From: Terriglobia bacterium
Lineage (GTDB): Bacteria > Acidobacteriota > Terriglobia > JAJPHL01 > JAPKYU01
Direction of reading: 5' to 3'
NCBI GenBank assembly: GCA_965206645.1
Contig: CBDBKE010000004.1
Coordinates: forward strand, 1,472,001-1,536,000
DNA length: 64,000 nt
The position numbers and the translations under genes are program-made. Each line of letters starts with the position of its first letter. Position 1 is the stretch's first letter. The notes beneath the pieces were generated by a model. That model ran no database searches, was not told the origin of the DNA, and worked only from the letters and a program-made list of their open reading frames with translations. Of the stretch, positions 28,633 through 39,078 are shown piece by piece.

Positions 28633-29757
28633 ATGTTGGGCCGCCGCAGCTGGGCTGAGGTTTCGCTGGGCCGATTGTGCGCCAACTTCCGCGCGATCCG
28701 CGCTCTGGTGGGCCCCAAGATCCAGATTCTGGCGGTGCTGAAGGCAGACGCCTACGGCCACGGCGCAACGGAGGTAGCGCAGGCCTTGGCGGAGGAGGGA
28801 GCCGGGTGGTTCGGCGTCACCTGCGCTTCCGAGGCGACCCCGCTACGCCGCGCCGGCCTGACCCAGCCGATCCTGCTGTTTAGCGGCTTCTGGCCGGGCG
28901 AGGAAGAGCTGTTGTTCGAGCAGCGGCTAACCCCGACTGTGTTTGCCGAGCCACACCTGCGTCTACTTGACGCCGGCGCCCGAAAGCGCGGCGTCCGGCT
29001 TCCTGTTCATCTCAAAGTGGATACCGGAATGACCCGCCTGGGCATCGCCGCCTCCGAGCTGGCCCCGTTCCTGGAGCTTCTGCGCACCTGCACTCATCTC
29101 CAGCTCGAAGGCCTCTACACTCATCTGGCCTCGGCCGAAGAGCCTTCGCTGGAACAGACGCGCCAGCAACTGGAGTTGTTCGGCCGCGTCCGGCAGCAGG
29201 TGGAACAGGCAGGCTTTCACCCGCCTTGCATCCATCTGGCCAACAGCACGGCACTGGCCCGCTGCCCTGAATCCTGGGGGACCATGGTGCGGCCGGGGCT
29301 GGCCCTCTACGGCTACCAGCTCTGTGAATCGGCGCTACGAGTAGAGCCAGTCCTAAGCCTGAAGTCGCGGGTGCTTTCCCTACGGTGGGTGCCTGAGGGG
29401 ACGGCGCTAGGCTACGGCGCCAGCTACGTGACGCCAACCCGGGCGCGGATTGCCACCGTGGGCGCCGGCTATGCTGATGGCGTCAACCGCGCCCTCTCCA
29501 ACCGCGGCCGCGCCCTGCTGCGTGGCCTGCCGCGCGGCTGCTTCGCCCCGGTGGTGGGCCGCGTCAGCATGGATTTCGCCCTGCTGGACGTGACCGCCAT
29601 CCCCAACGTCGAGGTCGGCGATGAGGTTGTCTTCATCGGCTGCCAGGGTGCGGCCCGGATCACGGCCACCGAAATCGCCGAATGCGCCGGGACGATCCCT
29701 TACGAGATCCTCTGCAACATCGGCCCCCGCGTCCCTCACGTCTATCTTTCCTCCTAG
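28633..29757 (+). CDS. alr: Alanine racemase
   Basis: AVLKADAYGHG, HLKVDTGMTRLG, GYADG, GRVSMD, TIPYEIL. Confidence 0.96.
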   Translation: MLGRRSWAEVSLGRLCANFRAIRALVGPKIQILAVLKADAYGHGATEVAQALAEEGAGWFGVTCASEATPLRRAGLTQPILLFSGFWPGEEELLFEQRLTPTVFAEPHLRLLDAGARKRGVRLPVHLKVDTGMTRLGIAASELAPFLELLRTCTHLQLEGLYTHLASAEEPSLEQTRQQLELFGRVRQQVEQAGFHPPCIHLANSTALARCPESWGTMVRPGLALYGYQLCESALRVEPVLSLKSRVLSLRWVPEGTALGYGASYVTPTRARIATVGAGYADGVNRALSNRGRALLRGLPRGCFAPVVGRVSMDFALLDVTAIPNVEVGDEVVFIGCQGAARITATEIAECAGTIPYEILCNIGPRVPHVYLSS

Positions 29758-29892
29758 CTCCGGCTAGATCCAATGCCCTGATCCAAGGAGGAAATTTCTT
29801 TTCCCCTTCGGGATGCCGTTTAGTATCCTGAGTCCCTACTGGGCCGGTTCGCAGTTGTGTTCCAGGCCGGTTACGGAGTGCGAGGAGGCGAT

Positions 29893-30945
29893 ATGGAAGA
29901 GAAATCAAGACGGGAGTTTTTGCGCGACGCTGTAGCGGTAACCTCAGTGGCTGTCTTGGCCGAGGAGTTCATCGCGCAGACCGCCAGCGCTACAGCGTCT
30001 GGGCTGCCCACACGCCCGCTGGGCAAGACCGGGCTGCGGGTTTCGATTGTCGGTTTGGGGGGCGGACATATTGGCGCGCTCAACGACGAGAGCCTGGCCA
30101 CCCGAATCATGCACGCGGCGATTGACGAGGGGCTCACCTTCTTCGACAACGCTTGGGAGTACTCCGATGGGGTCGCCGAGGAACGAATGGGCCGGGCCCT
30201 CGCCATGGATCGCCGCCGCGACAAGGTCTTCCTGATGACCAAGGACTGCGAGCGTGATTACCAGGGCTCGATGAGAAACCTGGAGGAAAGTCTTCGGCGC
30301 TTGCGGACGGACCACCTCGACCTTTGGCAATTCCATGAAATTAACTACTACAATGATCCCGACTGGGCCTTCGAGAGAGGCGCAATCCGGGCCGGCCTGG
30401 AAGCGAAAAAAGCGGGCAAGGTGCGCTTCATCGGATTCACCGGGCACAAGGATCCGCTCATTCACCTGAAAATGATCTCCAAACCCTACCCTTGGGACGC
30501 GGTCCAGATGCCGATCAATGTGATGGACGCGCACTATCGGAGCTTCCTAAACGAAGTCGTCCCAGTGTGTTTGAAAAGCAAGATTGGCGTGCTCGGGATG
30601 AAGGGCTTGGCCGGCGGCAGGCCCGAGGGTCGGCTAACGTCGGAAGCCGGGCTGAGCGCAATGGACTGCTATCGGTTTTGTCTGAGCCAGCCGGTCTCCA
30701 CCCAGATCCTGGGAATCACCACCATGGATCAGTTGAACGAGAATGTCGCAATGGCCCGCCATTTCAAGCCAATGTCTGGGGAGGAAAAGAACGCTCTGAT
30801 GGCCCGAGTGAAAGACGAAGCGACCGACGGACGCCACGAATTGTTCAAGAGCAGCAAACAGTTTGATAGTACGCATCACCGGCTACAGCATGGCTTCGAG
30901 GCGAGGGCGGCGATTGATGACCCTGAGCATGCCTCTTGGGGCTGA
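29893..30945 (+). CDS. Aldo/keto reductase with Tat signal
   Basis: SRREFL twin-arginine motif, LGKTGLRVSIVGLG, FFDNAWEY, SLRRLRTDHLDL. Confidence 0.88.
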   Translation: MEEKSRREFLRDAVAVTSVAVLAEEFIAQTASATASGLPTRPLGKTGLRVSIVGLGGGHIGALNDESLATRIMHAAIDEGLTFFDNAWEYSDGVAEERMGRALAMDRRRDKVFLMTKDCERDYQGSMRNLEESLRRLRTDHLDLWQFHEINYYNDPDWAFERGAIRAGLEAKKAGKVRFIGFTGHKDPLIHLKMISKPYPWDAVQMPINVMDAHYRSFLNEVVPVCLKSKIGVLGMKGLAGGRPEGRLTSEAGLSAMDCYRFCLSQPVSTQILGITTMDQLNENVAMARHFKPMSGEEKNALMARVKDEATDGRHELFKSSKQFDSTHHRLQHGFEARAAIDDPEHASWG

Positions 30946-31063
30946 AGGAGATCACTCCAGCCCGATCCTGACTTAAATGACTTGGTACTTCCGACAGCGC
31001 GCGCCGCCAGCACTGTCTCGCCCATAGAATCAAGTTCGTCCGGTGTTATACTGAGGCTAAAGA

Positions 31064-32251
31064 ATGGCAAGTAATTTGCCGACGAAAGTTCCGGCCGGCA
31101 TTTCAGCGCCGGAACGGAAAGGGGTTACTGTGCTTGACCTTGCGATTGCAAGGGCAGTATTCGCCGCCGTCCTCACCGTCGCTTGCTACTACTTCCGTCC
31201 TTTTGGGCTTGGCGCGGAGTCTGCCTTGCTTGTGGGCCTGGCGCTTTCAGCAGCTATCATCAGTTTTGAAATTCGATTAAGGCGCGCCAGCCTGACCCGG
31301 TTGATCGGCGTGGCGGTGGGTTCCACGTTGGGAATCCTCGGCGCCTTCCTGATCAGCCTGGTGATCGGACACAGCGTGAACGAGCCCACCACGAAGTCCT
31401 TCCTGCAGGTGATGACGCTCCTGCTGATGGGCTACGTGGGGCTGGTAGTGGGAGCGAGCAAAGGCGACTTGTTGAACCTGGCCGCCTTGGGGGACCTGTT
31501 TGGCAGCGAGAAGCCGGTCAGGGAGTCTCTTAAGGTGCTGGACACCAGCGTCATCATTGACGGCCGCATCGCTGACATCTGCGAGACCGGTTTTGTGGAC
31601 GGCGTCCTGGTGGTCCCGCGGTTTGTGCTGCGCGAGCTGCAACTGGTGGCCGACTCGGCCGACTCCCTGAAGCGCAACCGTGGCCGTCGCGGCCTCGACG
31701 TGCTGCAATACATTCAGAAGATGCCCCAATTGCAGGTGCAGATCGTCGAGGACGACTTCCTGCACATCCGCGACGTGGACATGAAGCTGATTGAATTGGC
31801 CAAGAAGTACGAAGCCAAGATCGTCACCAATGACTTTAACCTGAACAAGGTGGCCCAAGTGCAGGGTGTCCCGGTGTTGAATATCAACGAGCTGGCTAAT
31901 TCCCTGAAGCCGATTGTCTTGCCGGGCGAGACCATGAGGGTGTTCATCCTGAAAGAAGGCAAGGAGTACAACCAGGGAGTGGCCTATCTGGACGACGGGA
32001 CGATGGTCGTGGTGGACAATGCCAGGAAGGTGATCAGCAGGACCATAGACATCACGGTCACTTCGGTGCTGCAGACGACGGCCGGCAAGATGATTTTCGG
32101 CAAGTACGACGAGCGGGCGCATCACCGCTCAGCGCTCGCAGCCGGCGGGAGCAGCCCGGAAAGCCCCGGAGCGGCATACCCCTCTGGGGCTGGCGGGCGT
32201 TCTCAACACCGCGAGCGTTCCGAACCCACGAATCTGTCGGAACGGCTGTGA
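31064..32251 (+). CDS. yacL: PIN/TRAM domain membrane protein (YacL/Rae1-neighbour type, YacL-like)
   Basis: VLDTSVIIDGRI, RGRRGLD, TNDFNLNKVA, GKEYNQGVAYLDDGTMVVV. Confidence 0.88.
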   Translation: MASNLPTKVPAGISAPERKGVTVLDLAIARAVFAAVLTVACYYFRPFGLGAESALLVGLALSAAIISFEIRLRRASLTRLIGVAVGSTLGILGAFLISLVIGHSVNEPTTKSFLQVMTLLLMGYVGLVVGASKGDLLNLAALGDLFGSEKPVRESLKVLDTSVIIDGRIADICETGFVDGVLVVPRFVLRELQLVADSADSLKRNRGRRGLDVLQYIQKMPQLQVQIVEDDFLHIRDVDMKLIELAKKYEAKIVTNDFNLNKVAQVQGVPVLNINELANSLKPIVLPGETMRVFILKEGKEYNQGVAYLDDGTMVVVDNARKVISRTIDITVTSVLQTTAGKMIFGKYDERAHHRSALAAGGSSPESPGAAYPSGAGGRSQHRERSEPTNLSERL

Positions 32252-33009
32252 AAGTCGCTGCCATCATTCCGGCAGCGGGGATGGGAACGCGGATGGCGTT
32301 GATGCCGGGAGCTTCGGCTCGCTCCGGGGTACCGCGCGCGGGCGTGGAGGTGGCAGCCGGCTCCCCCCGCAAGCAATTCCTGCTGTTGGATGGCGTCCCG
32401 ATCCTGATCTATACCCTGCGGAAGTTCGCGTCCTGCCGGCTGGTGGAGCGGATGTACGTGGCCGTCCGCCCTGAAGACCAAGCCGTCTTTGTGCCGGCCT
32501 TGGAGCAAGAGCCCTTCGCCGCCCAGGTGGAAGTGGTGCCCGGCGGCGACTACCGCCAGGAATCGGTGGAGAACTGCCTGCTATGCATCTTGCCCGATAC
32601 CGATCTGGTGGTGGTGCATGATGCGGTGCGCCCTTTCGTAGAAGTCAGCGCCATCGAACGGGTGATTCAGGAGGGGGGAAAGACAGGGGCCGCCATCCTC
32701 GGCATTCCCAGCGTGGATACGGTGAAGCAGATCGAACGGACCCGGGTGCTGGGAACGATCCCTCGTGAGCGGATAGTGCTGGCCCAAACTCCGCAGGTGT
32801 TCCGCCACGCGCTCCTGAAACAAGCCTTCGAGCGGGCGGCGGAGGACGGCTTCCAGGCCACCGACGAGGCCAGCCTGGTGGAGCACCTGGGCGCGGAAGT
32901 TAGCGTGGTCATGGGATCGGACCGCAACATCAAGATCACCAAGCCCGGTGATTTGGAACTGGCCCGCCTGTTCTTGTCGGAGGAACGCGCTCGCGCCAGC
33001 CTTGCCTGA
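32248..33009 (+). CDS. ispD: 2-C-methyl-D-erythritol 4-phosphate cytidylyltransferase
   Basis: IIPAAGMGTRM, KQF, VHDAVRP, QTPQ, TDEASL, NIKIT. Confidence 0.95.
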   Translation: MKVAAIIPAAGMGTRMALMPGASARSGVPRAGVEVAAGSPRKQFLLLDGVPILIYTLRKFASCRLVERMYVAVRPEDQAVFVPALEQEPFAAQVEVVPGGDYRQESVENCLLCILPDTDLVVVHDAVRPFVEVSAIERVIQEGGKTGAAILGIPSVDTVKQIERTRVLGTIPRERIVLAQTPQVFRHALLKQAFERAAEDGFQATDEASLVEHLGAEVSVVMGSDRNIKITKPGDLELARLFLSEERARASLA

Positions 33010-33022
33010 GGTTCCTCCCGCC

Positions 33023-33502
33023 ATGATTCGTGTGGGGATCGGCTACGACTCGCACCGACTGGTGGAAGGGCGCAAACTCATCCTTGGATTGGTCGAGATT
33101 CCCTTCGAGCGGGGCTTGGCAGGACACAGCGACGGCGATGTGCTTTCCCATGCCATTGCCGATGCGCTGCTCGGCGCCGCCGGGTTAGGCGACCTGGGCC
33201 GCCATTTCCCGGACACCGACCCGGCCTTCCGCGGAGCCTCCAGCACCCTGTTCTTCTCCAAGGTCCTTGCCCTGCTGGCCGAGAAGGGCTACCGTCCGAC
33301 GTCGGTGGACGCGGTGGTGATCCTGGAACGTCCCCGGCTGGCCCCGCACCAGCAGGCTGTTTGTTCGGCGCTAGCCGCGGCTCTGCACCTGGCTCCGGAA
33401 AACGTCAACGTCAAGGCAAAAACGGCCGAGGGCCTGGGCGAGATCGGGCGCGGGGAAGCAGCCGCGGCGCACGCGATTGCAGTGATTGAACCACTCCGCT
33501 GA
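33023..33502 (+). CDS. ispF: 2-C-methyl-D-erythritol 2,4-cyclodiphosphate synthase
   Basis: RVGIGYDSH, GHSDGDVLSHA, DLGRHFPD, VKAKTAEGLG. Confidence 0.96.
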   Translation: MIRVGIGYDSHRLVEGRKLILGLVEIPFERGLAGHSDGDVLSHAIADALLGAAGLGDLGRHFPDTDPAFRGASSTLFFSKVLALLAEKGYRPTSVDAVVILERPRLAPHQQAVCSALAAALHLAPENVNVKAKTAEGLGEIGRGEAAAAHAIAVIEPLR

Positions 33503-33609
33503 GCCGGTCCACTGGCCCGTCGCCTCGGACGTTCTGATTCTCTGGGTCTACAGACGGCGTCAGCATTCACTTCGGAACAACATACAGGCAACGGTTTTTG
33601 AGCACCTTG

Positions 33610-34686
33610 TCAGGGCGCGGCGTCCTCGAAGTCGATCTTGGTGTCGGCGGTGAAGCGCCGGTACTGGCGGAATTGAATCTCGTTGCGGGTGGCGACGCGT
33701 CCTTCATCCATTTCCATCACGGCACGGGACGGCAGCAGGAAGGAGCGCCCGGCGATGATGGCGTAATCGTAGTCCAGAGTGGTGGAGGCGGCGCGGATGG
33801 GAAAGTCGCGGGGGATCTCCTCGGCTTCGATCGAGAGACGCAGCACCTGGTGATTCTCTGCATCCACGACGACCTGGCCCCCGTACGGGGGAACGATAGT
33901 GAGCTCGTTGTTCCAGGTGATCTGCCAGCGGGAACGGTCTTCTGACACGCGGTATTCGTACTCGTAGACCGCACGACCGCGGAGGGAAGCCGGCCCCACC
34001 CAGGAGAAGCGCGTCCGGGTCTCCGGCAGGAACAGATTGTGGAGTAGACTTCCAAATTCGCCAGTGGAGGTGGCGCCGCCCAGTGATTCATAGCTGCGGT
34101 TGGTGATCTGGTCGTTGATGGTCACCACCTGATAGCTTTCCCGGTGCTCATTGTAGGTGAGCCGCACCTGAATGATGTCCAGGGTCCTCCAATAGCCGCT
34201 GCCGTCCAGGTTCGCCTTGCGCTTGGTGACCTGCACGCAGATGAAGTTGGGCAGCTTGTCCGTGTATTGGAGGGCATTTTGGCGCACCTGCTCCAGCAAG
34301 CGAGTTTGCTCTGAGGGATCGAGCGGCGGAGGTTTTGGGCCCGGTTTGGGAGTCGGCGCCGGGTGGGCGCCACCGCTGCGATGCTTCAATTCCTCGGCTG
34401 CCTGATCCAGGGCCTCCAGCAACGCGGTGCTGGCTCCCTGTTTCTTCAGTTCCTTGCGGATGGACTTGGTGAGCAAGAAGCCGATCCCGCGGGTCTGGAC
34501 CATTTCCAGCACCTGCTGCTTGCTGAACAGACCCTTGCTGCGCACCAGGAGGAACAGTTCGTCCCGGCTGATCGATGGGTCTGGGCTCTCCTGCGCCGCA
34601 GGCACGTTCTGGGGCGCGAGAAGGAGCAGGGACAGCAACAGCAAAACCACGGCATCCCTAGGATACCACCGACGGCGGGCAAACAT
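33610..34686 (-). CDS. Conserved acidobacterial secreted hypothetical protein
   Basis: Signal peptide; Y...LPNFICVQVT, STGEFGSLL, LDYDYAIIAGRSFLLP motifs; good codon bias. Confidence 0.7.
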   Translation of the reverse strand: MFARRRWYPRDAVVLLLLSLLLLAPQNVPAAQESPDPSISRDELFLLVRSKGLFSKQQVLEMVQTRGIGFLLTKSIRKELKKQGASTALLEALDQAAEELKHRSGGAHPAPTPKPGPKPPPLDPSEQTRLLEQVRQNALQYTDKLPNFICVQVTKRKANLDGSGYWRTLDIIQVRLTYNEHRESYQVVTINDQITNRSYESLGGATSTGEFGSLLHNLFLPETRTRFSWVGPASLRGRAVYEYEYRVSEDRSRWQITWNNELTIVPPYGGQVVVDAENHQVLRLSIEAEEIPRDFPIRAASTTLDYDYAIIAGRSFLLPSRAVMEMDEGRVATRNEIQFRQYRRFTADTKIDFEDAAP

Positions 34687-34767
34687 AGGCACGTCTCCGA
34701 TCTTGGCGGCATTGACGCCCTGTGCCCTCAATCATAGAATTTGTTCCTTGGGTAAGGTTTGGAATGG

Positions 34768-34822
34768 AACCACGGATCGGTGAACCATGGATCGGTAAAC
34801 CAATGGATCGGTGAATCAATGG
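34768..34822. repeat. 15/16-bp tandem repeat (3.5 copies) running into the mqnA start
   Basis: aaccacggatcggtg aaccatggatcggta aaccaatggatcggtg aatcaatgg. Confidence 0.85.
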
Positions 34823-35667
34823 TCCGAGTCTCCACCATCGGGTATTTGAACACAGTGCCGCTCACCTGGAGCCTGCTGCGGCAGCGCGCGGACGAGCTGG
34901 AATTCAGCTTCACCGTGCCCTCGCAATGCGCCGAGCAGGTCGCAAACGGGCAGGCCGACGTGGGCTTGATCCCCTCCATCGAATACGCGCGAATTCCCGG
35001 GCTGGCGGTGCTGGCAGGTCCGGTGATCGCCAGCCGTACGCAGGTACGCAGCATCCTGCTGCTGGCGGCCGGCCCACTGGAGAAGATTCGGACTGTAGCC
35101 GCCGACACCTCCTCGCGGACCACCGTAGCTCTGGCGGATCTATTGCTGCGCTGCCGCTACGGCACCCGCGTCGAAATGGCGCCCTGCTCTCCCGAGCCGG
35201 CCAGCATGTTGCAGCGCTGCGATGCCGCGGTGCTGATTGGTGACCCGGCGCTGCGCTACGGGCTGCGGCCCCTGCCCGGCATCCGCGCCATAGACCTGGT
35301 GGCCGAATGGCGTGCCTGGACCGGCCTGCCGTTTGTGTTCGCTTTTTGGGTGGCGCGGCAGGAGGTCGCCAGCCCGGAACTGGCCCAGCTTTTCCTGGAG
35401 GCGCGCGAGCGAGGCTTGGCCGCGATCGCTCAGATTGTTCGTGAGGAAGCACGCAGCCGCAGCCTGCCGGAATCTGTGGTACAGGAATACCTCTGTCGCA
35501 ATCTCTGCTACGATATGGACGCGGAGTGCCGGGCCGGGCTGGATCACTTTTACCGCTTGGCGGCCGAGCACGGTGTGATTCCAAGCGTCCCGCGGCTGCG
35601 CCTAGTGGTGCCGGAAAGCGTATCACGGGCCGCGGCAGGCTCGGCCTCCTCGGACAACACGCCATGA
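34819..35667 (+). CDS. mqnA: Chorismate dehydratase (futalosine pathway)
   Basis: IGYLNTVPL, DVGLIPSIEY, SSRT, LIGDPAL, WTGLPFVFAFW. Confidence 0.9.
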   Translation: MVRVSTIGYLNTVPLTWSLLRQRADELEFSFTVPSQCAEQVANGQADVGLIPSIEYARIPGLAVLAGPVIASRTQVRSILLLAAGPLEKIRTVAADTSSRTTVALADLLLRCRYGTRVEMAPCSPEPASMLQRCDAAVLIGDPALRYGLRPLPGIRAIDLVAEWRAWTGLPFVFAFWVARQEVASPELAQLFLEARERGLAAIAQIVREEARSRSLPESVVQEYLCRNLCYDMDAECRAGLDHFYRLAAEHGVIPSVPRLRLVVPESVSRAAAGSASSDNTP

Positions 35668-36695
35668 CGGAAGCGGAAGCCCTGGATCTGTTTCAAAGCG
35701 ATGACCTGATCGGGATCGGCCTGGCTGCCGACACCGTGCGTCGCCGCCTGCATCCGGACGGCATCGTCACCTATCTGATTGACCGCAACATCAACTACAC
35801 AAACCTCTGCACCGAATACTGCTCCTTCTGCGCCTTTTACCGCCCGATGGACTCCAGCGAAGGCTACCTGCTGTCACAAGAAACGATGTTCCAGAAGATC
35901 CAGGAGACGCTGGCTCTGGGCGGGACGGGCGTCCTGATGCAGGGCGGGCTGCACCGCGACCTGAAGATCGAGTGGTACGAGGAGTTGTTGTCGGCCATTC
36001 GGCAGCGCTTCCCGCGCGTGCACCTGCACTGTTTCTCAGCCCCTGAAATCTTGAACATCGCCCAGATCAGCGGGCTGACCATTGGCGACACGATCGCCCG
36101 GCTGAAGGACTCCGGGCTGGATTCGATCCCGGGCGGCGGAGCCGAAATCCTGGACGACGAGGTGCGGTGGCGCATCAGCCGCCTGAAGTGCACCACCGAA
36201 GAGTGGCTAACGGTGCACCGCACCGCGCACGCGCTCGGGTTGAGCACCACGGCCACCATGATGTTCGGTTGCGGGGAAACCTACGCGCACCGCGTCCGCC
36301 ACTTCCTGCGCATTCGGCAATTGCAGCAGGACACCGGCGGGTTCACCGCCTTCATCCCCTGGATCTTCCAGCGCACCAACACGCCGCTGGGCAGCTACAT
36401 CAAGGAAGAAGCCACTGCAGTTGAGTACTTGAAGACGCTGGCCATCGCCCGCCTGTTCCTGGACGACATCCACAACGTGCAGGCTTCCTGGCTGACACCG
36501 GGCCTGAAGATGGGCCAGATCGCCCTGCGCTTTGGTGGCAACGATCTGGGCAGCATCTTGATCGAGGAGAATGTCGTTTCCGCGGCCGGCTGCGGGAACC
36601 GTACCAATGAAGAAGAGTTGCGTCACATCATCCGCGACGCCGGTTTCCGGCCCGTGCAGCGCGACACCCTCTACCGCGTCTACTTCCTGAAATGA
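35664..36695 (+). CDS. mqnC: Cyclic dehypoxanthinyl futalosine synthase (radical SAM)
   Basis: DRNINYTNLCTEYCSFCAFY, QGGLH, PGGGAEIL, ATMMFG, EENVVSAAG. Confidence 0.92.
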   Translation: MTEAEALDLFQSDDLIGIGLAADTVRRRLHPDGIVTYLIDRNINYTNLCTEYCSFCAFYRPMDSSEGYLLSQETMFQKIQETLALGGTGVLMQGGLHRDLKIEWYEELLSAIRQRFPRVHLHCFSAPEILNIAQISGLTIGDTIARLKDSGLDSIPGGGAEILDDEVRWRISRLKCTTEEWLTVHRTAHALGLSTTATMMFGCGETYAHRVRHFLRIRQLQQDTGGFTAFIPWIFQRTNTPLGSYIKEEATAVEYLKTLAIARLFLDDIHNVQASWLTPGLKMGQIALRFGGNDLGSILIEENVVSAAGCGNRTNEEELRHIIRDAGFRPVQRDTLYRVYFLK

Positions 36696-37387
36696 GCCGT
36701 GGACAGGCCCACTCCCGCACCCTTAATCTTCCCTCGGCGTTGGCCTCGGCGCTGGTCCTGACCTTTTTGCTATCGCTACTGCTGGTGCCGCTCCCACTTC
36801 GGGGCCAGCAACCCGGTTCCGGCGAAGACGTCAGTACTTGGAAATACAAGCACCTGGCGGTGGTGATCCACAATTCCGGCGCCCACCGACCGACGGCGCT
36901 CTACTGCATTGATGTCCTGAACCAGCTGTCGAGGGTCAAACCGCCTCCAGTGTCGGTCAGCCTGTTTGGGTTTGAGGAAGCGTTCCAGCAACTGGAAGGA
37001 GGACGTTTTTCCCGCAAAGTGCGCCTGCTCCTGCCCGATACGACCAGCGCCGAAGCCATGCGTGAGGCGGCCGATGAGCTGGTATTCCGTGGTCCCTCTC
37101 CGGTGTATGACGCTGTGGACGCCGCTTTGAATGCTGCGACTGAGCACCCCAAAGCCGCCGTGCTGCTCCTGTCGAACGGGATTGACAATGCCAGCGCTGC
37201 TTCGTTCAAGGACCTGGCTCGCCGCGCGAAGAAGACTGGCGTGCCCATCCTCGCGGTTTACCTTCCCGCCAACCCGCCGCAAAAGGGTCCTTCCCGCATG
37301 CGCCGTCTGGCCAAGGTTTCCGGCGGCCGCTTCATTGATGCGAGCGCCGAAGATGCCTGGCAGCAACTGCTGGCCGCGTTGCGCTGA
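36692..37387 (+). CDS. VWA-like secreted protein
   Basis: Signal peptide, SPVYDAV, LLLSNGIDNAS, LAKVSGGRF. Confidence 0.7.
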   Translation: MSRGQAHSRTLNLPSALASALVLTFLLSLLLVPLPLRGQQPGSGEDVSTWKYKHLAVVIHNSGAHRPTALYCIDVLNQLSRVKPPPVSVSLFGFEEAFQQLEGGRFSRKVRLLLPDTTSAEAMREAADELVFRGPSPVYDAVDAALNAATEHPKAAVLLLSNGIDNASAASFKDLARRAKKTGVPILAVYLPANPPQKGPSRMRRLAKVSGGRFIDASAEDAWQQLLAALR

Positions 37388-37419
37388 CGGATTCTGTAGA
37401 TTAGCCGGAAAGATAGCTG

Positions 37420-38127
37420 CTACGGCTGGCTGGCGGAGGAGGCGGCCCGGAGCTGGGCGACGCGCTCGCGCAATTGTTCGGCGTTGTCGGCGTGCGGATT
37501 TCCGCGCAGGTACCACTCCAACGCCTGCACCTCCTGAAATGGCTGGTTGCGACGACTGTAAATCTTGGCCAGGTGCAGGTGGACGGCCGACAGCGTCCCT
37601 GCCTTCCGGTAGGCCAGTGCGCGGTTGAAAGCGATTTCGGCCCGGTCCAGCTTGTTTTGCCTGAGCAGTCCTCGACCCAGGTGAAAGTAAGCCTTAGCGT
37701 CTGAGGTGTTGGCCGTAACTGCTTTCTTCAATGTGGCAACCGCGCGCTTCACATCGCCTTGCGCCAACAGCATGCGGCCTTGAATCGTGCGGCAGCGCCA
37801 GGAGTAGGAATGTTTCTTGACGCAGCGCGCTAGCAGTTCGGCCGCTTCCTGCTGTCGCTGGTCGCGCAAGTACACCTCAGCCAGCACCTCCAGGGCCTGG
37901 CGTTGGGTGGGCTTCCGTTTCAGAACGGCCTGCAACCGATGAATTCCGGCTGCCCGCTGGCCTCGGTTGATCAAGTCGGCGGCAGCTTCCACCTGAAGGA
38001 GGAGCGGATCGGGGTTCCGCAAGTAGGTTTTCCGCCTGGTTTGCGCGCTGGCCCCGGACTGCATCCACCCCAAGCACACCACCAATCCCCAGGTCAGACA
38101 GAGGCGGCGAGGCCGCCCGTCAGCCAC
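37420..38127 (-). CDS. TPR protein
   Basis: Signal peptide plus TPR helices (AYFHLGRGLL, VHLHLAKIY). Confidence 0.7.
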   Translation of the reverse strand: MADGRPRRLCLTWGLVVCLGWMQSGASAQTRRKTYLRNPDPLLLQVEAAADLINRGQRAAGIHRLQAVLKRKPTQRQALEVLAEVYLRDQRQQEAAELLARCVKKHSYSWRCRTIQGRMLLAQGDVKRAVATLKKAVTANTSDAKAYFHLGRGLLRQNKLDRAEIAFNRALAYRKAGTLSAVHLHLAKIYSRRNQPFQEVQALEWYLRGNPHADNAEQLRERVAQLRAASSASQP

Positions 38128-38893
38128 GGCTCCCCTCCGGCGCCACCGCCGGAGTCGGCTGCGGCTCAGTGGGCTTCTGTGACTCCTGCGACGCCACGCA
38201 GTAAAGGATCCGGCCGCAGTTCTCGCAGCTCCGAATCTGGTCGTTGGGTCTGACCTCCTGGTAGGCCTGAGGGCGAAGCCGCACGTTGCACTCACAGCAG
38301 GTACCGTCCCGCACCTCGGCCACCGCTACTCCCTTTCGGTGGCGCAACAGCGTATCGTAAGAACCCAACACCTCGGCCGATATCTGCCGGCAGTACTCTT
38401 CCCGCCGCTGCCGCAGCTCGGCCAACGCTTCCTCATCGACCTGGGTCTGCGCAGTGGCTTCCGCCTTCTCCTTCTCCACGGCCTTGCGCTCGCCCACCAG
38501 TTGCTCTTCCGCCTGCCGAACCCGCCCTTCCAATTCCTCGGCGGCAATCATCCGCTCCAGGATGGTGTCTTCGATCTTGCGAATTTCCCCCTCGGCAAAC
38601 TCGATCTCATGCTGGAGCGCCTTATACTGGTCGTTGGTTTTGACTTCATAAATCTGGTCCTTGTACTTGGAGATTTTTAGCCGGTGCGGCGAAATTCCAC
38701 CTTCCAATCTTCGGCGCTCCAGCTGATTGTCGGCCAAGACCTGCCGGTCCTTTTCTAGCTGACGTTGGGCGCCGGCCAGCTTACTTTCGATCTGCTGGAT
38801 ATGTCGGGGCAGATAAGCGACTTCTGCGGAGAGACGCGCGATCTCTCTATCCACAGCTTGCAACTCGATGGCAAGCTTCAGGTCCGGATGCAT
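38120..38893 (-). CDS. Coiled-coil C4-type zinc-ribbon protein (DUF164/CT398-like)
   Basis: LQAVD, VKTNDQYKALQHEI, CCECNVRL...CENCGRILY. Confidence 0.88.
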   Translation of the reverse strand: MHPDLKLAIELQAVDREIARLSAEVAYLPRHIQQIESKLAGAQRQLEKDRQVLADNQLERRRLEGGISPHRLKISKYKDQIYEVKTNDQYKALQHEIEFAEGEIRKIEDTILERMIAAEELEGRVRQAEEQLVGERKAVEKEKAEATAQTQVDEEALAELRQRREEYCRQISAEVLGSYDTLLRHRKGVAVAEVRDGTCCECNVRLRPQAYQEVRPNDQIRSCENCGRILYCVASQESQKPTEPQPTPAVAPEGSRG

Positions 38894-39078
38894 GAAATTC
38901 CTGTTGACATGCCAAGCTTGCTCCATTCTAACACGTGCCTGGGCGGTCACGTCCCTCCGCGACTGGTGTCGTTTCCGCTTTCCTGCGCTTTTGAGAGGGG
39001 TATCGCCCAACCTGATCTGGAAAGCGCCCCTAGTCGCAAGGCCTAGTCGCGAGGAGCGCTGGCTGGTATCGTAAGTAC

